Part shown: positions 1 through 8,292 of the stretch, one piece after another
How the letters are laid out: every line of letters starts with the position of its first letter
Position numbering within the stretch: the first letter of the stretch is position 1
Assembly: GCA_038279365.1 (NCBI GenBank)
Contig: JAYODI010000014.1
Location: 1 to 20,822, forward strand
DNA: 20,822 bases
Reading direction: 5' to 3'
DNA from: Candidatus Latescibacterota bacterium
GTDB lineage: Bacteria > Latescibacterota > UBA2968
Program-made: the position numbers and the translations under genes
Notes under the pieces: generated by a model
Databases searched by the model: none
The model's input: the letters and a program-made list of their open reading frames with translations, nothing else
What the model was told of the DNA's origin: nothing

Positions 1-134
1 TGTTACAATGGGACATCGTCCTTTGAATATTTGATTTTTAGGTGTGGTTTCTTTATTTTAGACCCGTAATGAATATCTTTGTCCATGGTGTGCTTTTATG
101 GCTCCTTAAAAAACATGACAAGTAAGGTAAGGCC

Positions 135-962
135 ATGAATATTCAAGATTTATTGTTGTCAGTGGTTGCCATTTTATATGCGCTTGGTGCAGTGGGATAC
201 GCCCTCAACTTTTATCAAGCCAATGATCTTTGGCGACGTGTGGGCATTTGGAGTTTGAGTGGTGGGTGGGTTGTGCATTGTGGCTTGGTGTTGTTTATGT
301 CTGCTGAAGCGGGCACTGTGCCACTCACACGAGAAATCTTGCCATCCTTATGTGCGTGGCTTGATGTTGTGGTCTATTTGTATTTGGAGTGGACCACAAA
401 AGACCGCTCTTTGGGTGCACTGATTGTGCCCATTGTATTGGTTTTGCATTTGTTGACCTTGTCCAACATGATTGGTGTTGCAGATCCAATTAGCGTTAGT
501 CACAATGCCGGTTGGTTTCGCGCTCATGTTTTGGCCTATGTTTTGGCCTATGCAGCTTTGGCCATTTCTTGTGTAAGTGCCATTATGTATGTGATGCTTT
601 TGGGGGAAATTCAGGCCAAACATCTTGGTTTTTTCTACAATCGTTTGCCTTCTTTGGATGTGCTCAACCAAATTAATGATAAGGCTGCAACTTTTGGATT
701 TGTGTTTTTAACATTGGGGTCTGTCACGAGTTCTATCTGGGCTTATCAAGAGTTGTATCGTCTTTGGGTTTGGAGTGATCCGGCCTTTTTACCCATTTTG
801 ATTTCATGGATTATATATGCCGGTCATCTCTATGCTCGTTATTTTGCTGGTTGGCAAGGCAAACGATCGGCCATGTTGTCTATTGCGGGTTTTGTGTTGG
901 TGATTTTTGCATTTCCTGTTATTGGAGTCCTTTTTTCTGGGCAACATCCCCTCGGCGGGTAA
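135..962 (+). CDS. ccsA: Cytochrome c biogenesis CcsA / HemX-like membrane protein
   Basis: 275 aa, multiple hydrophobic helices; WFRAH, LPSLDVL, SIWAY...W-W-DP (WWD-like) and GWQGKR motifs of the CcsA/HemX family; AAGG RBS; first gene of the hem cluster. Confidence 0.8.
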   Translation: MNIQDLLLSVVAILYALGAVGYALNFYQANDLWRRVGIWSLSGGWVVHCGLVLFMSAEAGTVPLTREILPSLCAWLDVVVYLYLEWTTKDRSLGALIVPIVLVLHLLTLSNMIGVADPISVSHNAGWFRAHVLAYVLAYAALAISCVSAIMYVMLLGEIQAKHLGFFYNRLPSLDVLNQINDKAATFGFVFLTLGSVTSSIWAYQELYRLWVWSDPAFLPILISWIIYAGHLYARYFAGWQGKRSAMLSIAGFVLVIFAFPVIGVLFSGQHPLGG

Positions 963-978
963 GTTGGAAGGTTTTACA

Positions 979-1614
979 ATGGGCTTTCCTGTGGTGCTCA
1001 ATATTGATGGGCGTTTGTGTTGTGTGGTGGGGGCAGGCAAGGTCGCCGAGCGCAAAGTGCAAAGTGTGTTAAAGGCCGGTGCACGGGTTCGTGTTGTGGG
1101 CCTTGATCCAACACCCCAATTGATGAAGTTGGCCCATGACAAACAAATTGAGTGCTACCAACGCCGATTTGTAGATGCCGATTTGACAGGGTGCTGGATG
1201 GTTTTTGCAGCAACTGATGACGACGAAGTCAATGCCCATGTTGGTGCGCTGGCGAATGAACAAGGTATTTTGTTTGGACATGCTGCTGGTGGGAGCAGTG
1301 ATTTTATGTTACCTGCTGTTTTGGATATTGGCGATTTGCAAATTGCTGTGTCCACAAATGGGGCGTCTCCGCTTTATGCGCGATGGGTGCGCGATTATTT
1401 ACAACAGCATCTTGTCGATGAGCATGCCGAAGTGTTGTCTGTTTTGAAATGGGCGAGAGAAAAACTTAAAAGTGATTTGCCTAACGATTCTGTCAAACGG
1501 CAAAAAATTTGGCGAACACTGATTTCCAAAGAGATGGTTGAAGCCGTTCAAGTCGGAAATGTGAACCAAGTTAAACAACGGATATCCGAATGCCTATCGT
1601 TGTCACAGGGTTAA
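979..1614 (+). CDS. Precorrin-2 dehydrogenase / sirohydrochlorin ferrochelatase (SirC/Met8/CysG N-terminal type)
   Basis: FPVVLNI...VVGAGKVAERK Rossmann motif, FAATDD, IAVSTNGASP; start moved to ATG 979 after GGAAGG. Confidence 0.88.
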   Translation: MGFPVVLNIDGRLCCVVGAGKVAERKVQSVLKAGARVRVVGLDPTPQLMKLAHDKQIECYQRRFVDADLTGCWMVFAATDDDEVNAHVGALANEQGILFGHAAGGSSDFMLPAVLDIGDLQIAVSTNGASPLYARWVRDYLQQHLVDEHAEVLSVLKWAREKLKSDLPNDSVKRQKIWRTLISKEMVEAVQVGNVNQVKQRISECLSLSQG

Positions 1615-2903
1615 GCCATCGCACGGCACCCGTTGCAATTCGCGACGGCGTGGCTGTTTTGCCAAAAGCCGTAGATGCGGTATTGCACGCATTGCAACAC
1701 ATACCTATTGTTTCTGAGTGTGCCTTGTTGTCTACATGTAACCGCACGGAAATCTATTTGGTGACCTCACAAGTAGACGAGGCCATTGACCAGGTTTGGG
1801 ATATTGTGGGAAAAGAAAGTGGTATTTCTCCAGAAGAATTACGTGCCCATCTGTTTGGGCATGTCGATGCCGAGGCTGTGAGACATCTTTTTGGTGTGGC
1901 GTCTGGATTGGATTCGATGGTGATGGGGGAGCCACAAATTGCGGGCCAAGTAAAAGATGCGGGTGCTTTTGCGCTTTCGGCTGGATCGAGTAAAACCATC
2001 TTGAATCGGTTGTTTCGTTCAGCAACAGAGGCTTCAAAGCGGGCACGCACCGAAACGGAAATTGGCACAGGTGCTGTTTCTGTGAGTTTTGCAGCGGTAG
2101 AGTTGGCTAAGAAAATTTTAGGTAACTTAGAGGGGCAGCGCGCCTTGGTGTTGGGGGCTGGCGAAATGAGTGAACTCACCGCACGGCATTTGATAGACAA
2201 TGGGGTAAAATCACTCACCGTGGCCAGCAGAACGCTTGAACGTGCAGAAGATTTGGCCGAAAGGATTCAAGGTCGGGCTATTGCTTGGGATGTGGCGATG
2301 GCGCATTTGGATCAGGCAGATGTGGTGATCAGTTCTACCAGTGCCGAGGTCTTTGTATTAGAGCGGGATGCCGTGGCGGCCGCTATGCAAAAGAGAAAAA
2401 ATAAGTCGATGTTTTTGATTGATATTGCCATGCCCCGCGATATAGACCCTGAGGCAGGCAAGCTCTACAATGTTTTTCTTTATGACTTAGACGATTTGGA
2501 ATCGGTGGTTGGAGCGAATTTAGAAAAACGCAAAATAGAAGCACAAAAAGTTGCGCATATCTTAGATGAAGAAGTACGGGCATTTGTGGCTTGGATTAAT
2601 TCTCTCGATGTGGTGCCAACCATTGTGGCATTGAGGCAACATTTTCAAGGGTTTCTCGAATCCGAATTGGAACATGCACGATTGGATGATTTAACAGAAG
2701 AACAACAAGCTCAAATTGCTTATTTGCTCAGGCGCTATATGAATAAGTTGTTGCACAAACCGGTTACACGCCTAAAAGAAGCTGCCGAAGCCGAAGATGG
2801 AATGGGATATGTCGAGGCATTGTCCTATTTGTTTGAATTGTCATCATCAGCCCAGCAAAAAACCGCGCAACATACCAATGAGGAAATACCGGATGTCCGA
2901 TAA
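1590..2903 (+). CDS. hemA: Glutamyl-tRNA reductase
   Basis: GLSHRTAP, LSTCNRTEIY, SGLDSMVMGEPQI, GAGEM and DIAMPRDID motifs; overlaps the upstream gene by 25 nt. Confidence 0.97.
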   Translation: MPIVVTGLSHRTAPVAIRDGVAVLPKAVDAVLHALQHIPIVSECALLSTCNRTEIYLVTSQVDEAIDQVWDIVGKESGISPEELRAHLFGHVDAEAVRHLFGVASGLDSMVMGEPQIAGQVKDAGAFALSAGSSKTILNRLFRSATEASKRARTETEIGTGAVSVSFAAVELAKKILGNLEGQRALVLGAGEMSELTARHLIDNGVKSLTVASRTLERAEDLAERIQGRAIAWDVAMAHLDQADVVISSTSAEVFVLERDAVAAAMQKRKNKSMFLIDIAMPRDIDPEAGKLYNVFLYDLDDLESVVGANLEKRKIEAQKVAHILDEEVRAFVAWINSLDVVPTIVALRQHFQGFLESELEHARLDDLTEEQQAQIAYLLRRYMNKLLHKPVTRLKEAAEAEDGMGYVEALSYLFELSSSAQQKTAQHTNEEIPDVR

Positions 2904-3819
2904 GCTGACAATAGGTTCTCGGGGAAGCAAGCTGGCTTTGTGGCAAGCAAATTGGGCAAAAGACCTATTGTGTGAGCACTTTCCCAATTTGCAAGTTGAG
3001 ATTCAAGTGATTCGCACCCAGGGAGATCGCATGGCAGAAGTGCCGCTTTCACAAATGGGTGGAAAAGAAGTTTGGACCAAAGAAATAGAGCAAGCTTTAT
3101 TAGATCATCAAATTGATTTGGCCGTTCACAGCCTCAAAGACCTCCCAACCCTATTGCCATCAGGGTTGATGTTGGGGGCAGTGAGTAAGCGTGAAGATGT
3201 TCGCGATGCATTGGTGAGTTTGGAGGGGAAGCGTTTTGCAAATTTGCCTCAAAATGCGCGTGTTGCAACAAGCAGCTTAAGACGGCAAGCACAACTGCTC
3301 AATGCGCGACCTGATTTAAAAATAGAGAGCATTCGTGGCAATGTGGATACGCGGTTGCGCAAGTTGGAAGAAGAACCTTTTGATGCGATCATTTTGGCTT
3401 CTGCTGGGTTGATTCGTTTGGGGCTTGGTGCGCGAATTACGGAGTTTTTAGACCCCACTTTGTGTGTGCCAGCACCAGGGCAAGCCGCGTTGGGAATAGA
3501 AACCCGGCAACATGATGATCGCGTTGCAATGTATGTGGCTGTATTAAATGATTCAGATGCCTTTAGAGATGTGATTGCTGAGCGTGAAATGCTTCGATCA
3601 TTAGAAGGTGGGTGTCGTGTGCCCATTGGGGCGTGGGCTCGGTTGGCCTCTGGACATTTTGTATTAACGGGGGTGGTGGCGACCCCTAATGGCCTGCGGG
3701 TGATCAAAGAAACAATAGAAGGCCAAATCAACGACCCGCTAGCTTTGGGGCGAGAAATGGCCAACAAATTGCGCCAACAAGGCGCGGCAGAAATTCTCGC
3801 AGATTTAGAAAATGTCTGA
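2893..3819 (+). CDS. hemC: Hydroxymethylbilane synthase (porphobilinogen deaminase)
   Basis: IGSRGSKLALWQ, AVHSLKDLPT, TSSLRR, IRGNVDTRL and LEGGC motifs; start moved to ATG 2893 after GAGGA. Confidence 0.97.
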   Translation: MSDKLTIGSRGSKLALWQANWAKDLLCEHFPNLQVEIQVIRTQGDRMAEVPLSQMGGKEVWTKEIEQALLDHQIDLAVHSLKDLPTLLPSGLMLGAVSKREDVRDALVSLEGKRFANLPQNARVATSSLRRQAQLLNARPDLKIESIRGNVDTRLRKLEEEPFDAIILASAGLIRLGLGARITEFLDPTLCVPAPGQAALGIETRQHDDRVAMYVAVLNDSDAFRDVIAEREMLRSLEGGCRVPIGAWARLASGHFVLTGVVATPNGLRVIKETIEGQINDPLALGREMANKLRQQGAAEILADLENV

Positions 3820-3820
3820 T

Positions 3821-3847
3821 TGCCGCTTTTAAAGCGGCATTTTATTT
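3821..3847 (+). terminator. Hairpin plus U-tract between hemC and cobA-hemD (internal terminator or attenuator)
   Basis: TGCCGCTTT-T-AAAGCGGCA palindrome (3821-3839) followed by TTTTATTT. Confidence 0.55.
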
Positions 3848-3857
3848 GAAGGTGAAG

Positions 3858-5360
3858 ATGCAAATAGGCTGTGTTTATTTGGTGGGTGCTGGTCCTGGTG
3901 ATCCAGAGCTATTGACACTAAAGGGGCTTCGGTTGCTTCAGCAGGCCGATGTAATTTTATATGATGGCTTGGCAAACCCATCGTTGTTGTTACATGCAAA
4001 AGAAACCTGTGAGGTGGTGAATGTTGAAAAACGCCCAGGCTTTCATCGCGTGCAACAAGGCGATATTAATAAGCTCATGGTAGAATATGCTGGTGCAGGA
4101 AAAAGTGTGGTGCGTTTAAAAGGGGGCGACCCGATTGTGTTTGGGCGTGGTGGGGAAGAGGCAGAAGTGCTTCGGCAAGAAGGGATTCCATTTGAGATTG
4201 TGCCTGGTATTTCAAGTGCAATTGCAGCACCCGCTTATGCCGGAATTCCCGTTACGCATCGGGGGGTATCCACGCATTTTACTGTGGTCACTGGCACCAC
4301 AACCGCATTGGATGGTCAGCACGAAGTCAATTGGGAATTGCTTGCCCTAGCGGGGGGCACATTGTTGATCCTAATGGGCACACGCAACCGGGCCGAAATA
4401 GCCCAGCGATTGATAAGTGGGGGGCGAGCACCAGAAACACCCGTTGCCATTGTATATCGTGGAACGACGCCATTTCAAAAGACCACGCGCATCCAATTGA
4501 AGGATTTGGCAGAAACTCCGGTTGAAAATCCGGCGGTTATTGTTGTTGGTCCTGTTGCGGGAATCGATTTTTCTTGGTTTGAGTCTCGTCCGCTTTGGGG
4601 AAAAACCATTGCCGTGACACGTGCTCGCACCCAAGCCAGTGGTTTGGTGAGCCTGTTGTCTGTTATGGGAGCCGATGTGATTGAGGTGCCCACCATAGAG
4701 GTGGTGCCCTGCGATCATTGGAACCTTGTTGATGAAGCCATTTCGCGTTTAAATCAAACCGACTGGGTGGTGTTTACGAGCACCAATGGCGTTGATTATT
4801 TTTTTGAACGCATTTTTGCTTTGAATTTGGACGTGAGAGTTTTCGGACAGGTTAAGGTGGCCAGTATTGGCAAAGCAACCAGTGATCGCATACGCAATTA
4901 TCATCTCCACGTTGATTTGGAGCCGACCACGAACATCTCAGAAGGGCTTTTGGAGGCATTTCAAAAACAAGTGGAGTTAGAGGGGGTGCGTATTTTGTTT
5001 CCCAAAGCCGAGTCTGCACGGGCCATTTTGCCCAATGGTTTGCGCAATTTTGGTGCAGTGGTAGAGGAAGTTGTGGTTTACAAAACGGTGCAACCAAATG
5101 CGCTTCCTGAGCGTTTTAAGCAAGTAGTGGCAGAAAAAAAACTTGATTTAATCACATTTACAAGTTCGTCAACCGTGACAAATTTTGTGGATATGTTGGA
5201 TAATTTTGAATTGCTCAAAGACTTTCAGGCTGCATGTATTGGCCCCATTACGGGGAAAACGGCAACTGATTATGGCATCAAAATAGTCGTGCAACCCGAA
5301 GCAGATGATATTTCGGTAGATGGTTTGGTCAATGAAATCGTTACTTTTTTTGCCAAATAG
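3858..5360 (+). CDS. cobA: Fused uroporphyrinogen-III C-methyltransferase / uroporphyrinogen-III synthase (CobA-HemD)
   Basis: N-half VYLVGAGPGDPELLT, RLKGGDP, VPGISS, GIPVTHRG; C-half IAVTRA, FTSTNGV, FTSSSTV, CIGPIT (HemD); ATG 3858 after GAAGGTG. Confidence 0.95.
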   Translation: MQIGCVYLVGAGPGDPELLTLKGLRLLQQADVILYDGLANPSLLLHAKETCEVVNVEKRPGFHRVQQGDINKLMVEYAGAGKSVVRLKGGDPIVFGRGGEEAEVLRQEGIPFEIVPGISSAIAAPAYAGIPVTHRGVSTHFTVVTGTTTALDGQHEVNWELLALAGGTLLILMGTRNRAEIAQRLISGGRAPETPVAIVYRGTTPFQKTTRIQLKDLAETPVENPAVIVVGPVAGIDFSWFESRPLWGKTIAVTRARTQASGLVSLLSVMGADVIEVPTIEVVPCDHWNLVDEAISRLNQTDWVVFTSTNGVDYFFERIFALNLDVRVFGQVKVASIGKATSDRIRNYHLHVDLEPTTNISEGLLEAFQKQVELEGVRILFPKAESARAILPNGLRNFGAVVEEVVVYKTVQPNALPERFKQVVAEKKLDLITFTSSSTVTNFVDMLDNFELLKDFQAACIGPITGKTATDYGIKIVVQPEADDISVDGLVNEIVTFFAK

Positions 5361-5405
5361 GTTTAAATATCGCGCTTTTTGGCTTTTATGAATCTAAAAA
5401 TGCGG

Positions 5406-5434
5406 TTGACACACTACTAAGGAAGTCGTAAATT
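5406..5434 (+). promoter_or_regulatory. Sigma70-type promoter for the cohesin-FlgD gene
   Basis: TTGACA (5406-5411), 17-nt spacer, TAAATT (5429-5434). Confidence 0.7.
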
Positions 5435-5533
5435 TTAAATTAGTTAAACAAATATTTGAATTTCACGCTGGTCTGGTCGATAATTACTTAATATCGCATC
5501 TTCGTGATTCCGTCTTTTGACAGGGGGCATGGC

Positions 5534-6340
5534 ATGAAAAAGTTCATTATGACAGCATGTGTGGGGGTTGCATTGGCAGGTAGTGCCATTGCTGGTCCGT
5601 TGACACAGGGGTTGGAAATTAACGGGGGCGAAAACAGTTTTGCCGCCCTTACTTTAAAACGCGCTCAAAATGTAAAAGAAGAGTCTGGTGAGATTAAGTT
5701 GCGCGTTTCTCTAAATGAAGCACAACAACTAAAAGGTTATGGTTTTGTGCTCCAGTTTGACCCAACCAAATACGAATTTGTATCGGCCCAAGAAGTAGAT
5801 GGTAACTTGCTTAATACAGGCACAGAGCAATCGACCTTGTTTTTGGCTTCCGATAAAACACCTGGCCAAGTTGCTGTGGGTTCCATGAAAGTGGATGGTG
5901 AAGGTGCCAATGGAGCTGGTGATTTGGTAGAATTCACTTTTCGAACACAAAGCCCACCCTTGTCCACTGATTTTCAAATTTTAGATGGTGTGCTCGTTGA
6001 TCTCACGGGCAGCATTGATGCCATCAACAACATCGAAATTGGCAACTTAAAGCCTGTTCCAACAGATTATTCTTTGGAACAAAATTTACCCAACCCTTTT
6101 AACCCATCAACGACCATTAAATATCAATTGCCAAACTCGGGTGAAGCCACCTTGGTCATTTACAATTTACTCGGTCAACAAGTGCGCACTTTGCTCAAAG
6201 AAACGATGGAAGCAGGTTACCACTCAGTTGTTTGGGACGGCAAAGATGAATTGGGCAAACAAGTGGCCAGTGGTGTTTATATTTATCGTTTGCAATCAGG
6301 TGACTTTTCAACAGCAAAACGTATGATGTTGTTGAAGTAG
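5534..6340 (+). CDS. Secreted protein: signal peptide, cohesin-like domain, C-terminal FlgD Ig-like / T9SS-type sorting domain
   Basis: MKKFIMTACVGVALAGSAIA signal peptide; LKGYGFVLQFDPTKYEFVS and GDLVEFTF cohesin-like strands; QNLPNPFNPSTTI...IYNLLGQQVRTL...WDGKD...VASGVYIYRL C-terminal domain; ATG 5534 after AGGGGG. Confidence 0.82.
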   Translation: MKKFIMTACVGVALAGSAIAGPLTQGLEINGGENSFAALTLKRAQNVKEESGEIKLRVSLNEAQQLKGYGFVLQFDPTKYEFVSAQEVDGNLLNTGTEQSTLFLASDKTPGQVAVGSMKVDGEGANGAGDLVEFTFRTQSPPLSTDFQILDGVLVDLTGSIDAINNIEIGNLKPVPTDYSLEQNLPNPFNPSTTIKYQLPNSGEATLVIYNLLGQQVRTLLKETMEAGYHSVVWDGKDELGKQVASGVYIYRLQSGDFSTAKRMMLLK

Positions 6341-6355
6341 AGGCTCATTCTTTTT

Positions 6356-6389
6356 ACAAAAGGCCGTCTCAAGCGAGACGGCCTTTTGT
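6356..6389. terminator. Intrinsic terminator (symmetric)
   Basis: Perfect 15-bp inverted repeat ACAAAAGGCCGTCTC / GAGACGGCCTTTTGT with 4-nt loop, 15 nt after the stop codon. Confidence 0.85.
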
Positions 6390-6414
6390 GTTTGTGGCGA
6401 GAGGTATACTGTCA

Positions 6415-7458
6415 ATGATACGTGTTGGATTGGTGGGTTATGGTTTGGGCGGCAAGGTTTTTCATGCACCCTTAATCCGTTTGGCGCCCGATTTGGAGTT
6501 GTATGCAATCTGCTCTCGGTCAGAAGATAAGCAGGCCTTGGCCAAAAAAGATTATCCAAACATAAAAACCTATGGTCATTATGAGCAAATGCTTGCCGAT
6601 GATCAGGTGGATCTGGTTGTGTTGTCTACCCCACACGACACCCATGCTCCCTTGTCCATTCAGGCAATGAATGCGGGTAAGCATCTTGTGACCGACAAAG
6701 TCATGTGTTTAAATGAATCAGAAGCTTTGGCCATGATTGAAGCTTCTGTAAAAAATGATGTTTTGTTGAGCGTGTTTCAAAACCGACGGTGGGATGGGGA
6801 CTTTCTCACCTTGCAAAAATTGATGGCAGAAAACGCACTGGGTGAGATATTTACAGTAGAGTCGAATATTACTTCATTTGGTGGTGCGCCATCAGGGTGG
6901 CGTGCCTGGCAAAAAAATGGCGGGGGGCGAGTGCGTGATTGGGGCGCTCATTTGATTGATCAGGCCCTTCAATTATGGGGCGTGAAAGTAAGTCAAGTTT
7001 TTGCAGATTTTCAATTTCATTACCCCACTGAGCGGTCTGATGTTGAAAGCACGGCCATGATTCACTTGCGTTTTGAGAATGGAATACGTTTTTTTATTGA
7101 ACTGGGTAGTGCGTGGATGTATCCAAAGCCGCGTTTTCATGTGCGAGGGGAAAAGGGAAGCTTCCGGAAATATGGTGTTGACCCCCAAGAAGCGGCCATG
7201 AAATTAGGTACGTTTGGTTTGTCCATACCAGAAGACGTGGCGCGCTATCAAATGCGTATCAAAAATGAAAAAGGGCAAACGCAGGAACCTCAGGTTCCTG
7301 TCGTTCCGGGTTGTTATCGAACATATTATGACAATATTGGTGCCGTTTTGGCACACGGTGCAGATTTATTGGTCAAGCCATCACAATGTTTGGATGCCAT
7401 TTGTGTGTTAGATGCGGTGTTTGAGTCGGCAAAACGTGGTGAAGTCATTTCGTTATAA
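6415..7458 (+). CDS. Gfo/Idh/MocA family oxidoreductase (YdgJ/IolW-like)
   Basis: IRVGLVGYGLGGKVFHAP, TPHDTH, AGKHLVTDK, VFQNRRWDGDF and DWGAHLIDQ motifs; ATG 6415 after GAGG. Confidence 0.9.
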   Translation: MIRVGLVGYGLGGKVFHAPLIRLAPDLELYAICSRSEDKQALAKKDYPNIKTYGHYEQMLADDQVDLVVLSTPHDTHAPLSIQAMNAGKHLVTDKVMCLNESEALAMIEASVKNDVLLSVFQNRRWDGDFLTLQKLMAENALGEIFTVESNITSFGGAPSGWRAWQKNGGGRVRDWGAHLIDQALQLWGVKVSQVFADFQFHYPTERSDVESTAMIHLRFENGIRFFIELGSAWMYPKPRFHVRGEKGSFRKYGVDPQEAAMKLGTFGLSIPEDVARYQMRIKNEKGQTQEPQVPVVPGCYRTYYDNIGAVLAHGADLLVKPSQCLDAICVLDAVFESAKRGEVISL

Positions 7459-7475
7459 ATTGTTATGGAGGGCGT

Positions 7476-7631
7476 ATGGTTTGGGGACTTTTGATGTTCA
7501 TTATCTTTTTTGTGTGTTATTTGGGGCAGTCTATTTCTTCGGGAATGGAAGGTAAGCGCGGTTGGACATTGCAATGGGCTTGTTGGTTTGTGGCTTGTGG
7601 AACGATGTTGATTTGTTATTTAGCGGTTTAA
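7476..7631 (+). CDS. Small two-TM membrane protein, 51 aa (absent from the ORF track)
   Basis: GGAGGG then ATG 7476; MVWGLLMFIIFFVCYLGQSISSGMEGKRGWTLQWACWFVACGTMLICYLAV*; fills the gap between two same-strand genes and stops 4 nt before the next ATG. Confidence 0.65.
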   Translation: MVWGLLMFIIFFVCYLGQSISSGMEGKRGWTLQWACWFVACGTMLICYLAV

Positions 7632-7635
7632 GGGT

Positions 7636-8109
7636 ATGACATTTGTTGAAACAAAACGTCACATCAACAAACCCACCCAAACCTATGGTTGTGAGTTGGT
7701 CAAACAAGGGAAAGGGTGGGTTTTGTTGCATTATATTTCCCAAAAGGCTTGGCAAATTGTAGATGCCCATTTGCCGAAGGGAAGTTCTACTTGGGCTTTT
7801 TATGAAGAAGGTGCATCGTCTGTGATTTGGCGTATGGTTGATCCTGCGGGGCAGTTGGTGGGGCACCTTTTCCATATCTGTTCAGATATCACTGTCAAAT
7901 CAAATGGTGTGGATTATTTAGACTTGTTGTTGGATGTTTGGGTAGATGCTCAGGGGCATGCCCATCTTTTAGATGCAGATGAGCTATTTGAATGTGTTGC
8001 CCAACAAAAAATATCTCTTGAGCAAAAGTGTCATATAGAGGCTTTGGCTGTGCAGGTTTTAGATAATTGGCAGATGGATGTTCAGAACTTGGAAGAAAGA
8101 CTCGTATAA
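7636..8109 (+). CDS. DUF402-domain protein (putative nucleotide phosphatase/hydrolase family)
   Basis: Acidic motifs VDYLDLLLDVWV and LLDADEL typical of DUF402. Confidence 0.75.
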   Translation: MTFVETKRHINKPTQTYGCELVKQGKGWVLLHYISQKAWQIVDAHLPKGSSTWAFYEEGASSVIWRMVDPAGQLVGHLFHICSDITVKSNGVDYLDLLLDVWVDAQGHAHLLDADELFECVAQQKISLEQKCHIEALAVQVLDNWQMDVQNLEERLV

Positions 8110-8169
8110 ATAATCACGAGGTTGTTGGATGTTTTGGGTTTTGGTGCCGTGATCTTTCCTTCAAACATC

Positions 8170-8198
8170 TTGACTTTATTGGTCTAAAGGTTTATTAT
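8170..8198 (+). promoter_or_regulatory. Sigma70-type promoter for purN-mreBC
   Basis: TTGACT (8170-8175), 17-nt spacer, TATTAT (8193-8198). Confidence 0.7.
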
Positions 8199-8292
8199 TC
8201 AAGCGATTCCTCAAAATATCCCCCCATAATTCCCCCATTGTTTTAAACTTTAGATCCCCACTTTGTTTGGTCTTATATCGCACTGGTGTTTC

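Noticed and set aside
526-552. 12-bp tandem repeat ATGTTTTGGCCT x2 in ccsA
   Set aside because: In frame and only two copies (VLAY-VLAY within a TM helix); no sign of a variable repeat or array
5370-5405. Possible terminator after cobA-hemD
   Set aside because: Only an imperfect AT-rich stem with no U-tail
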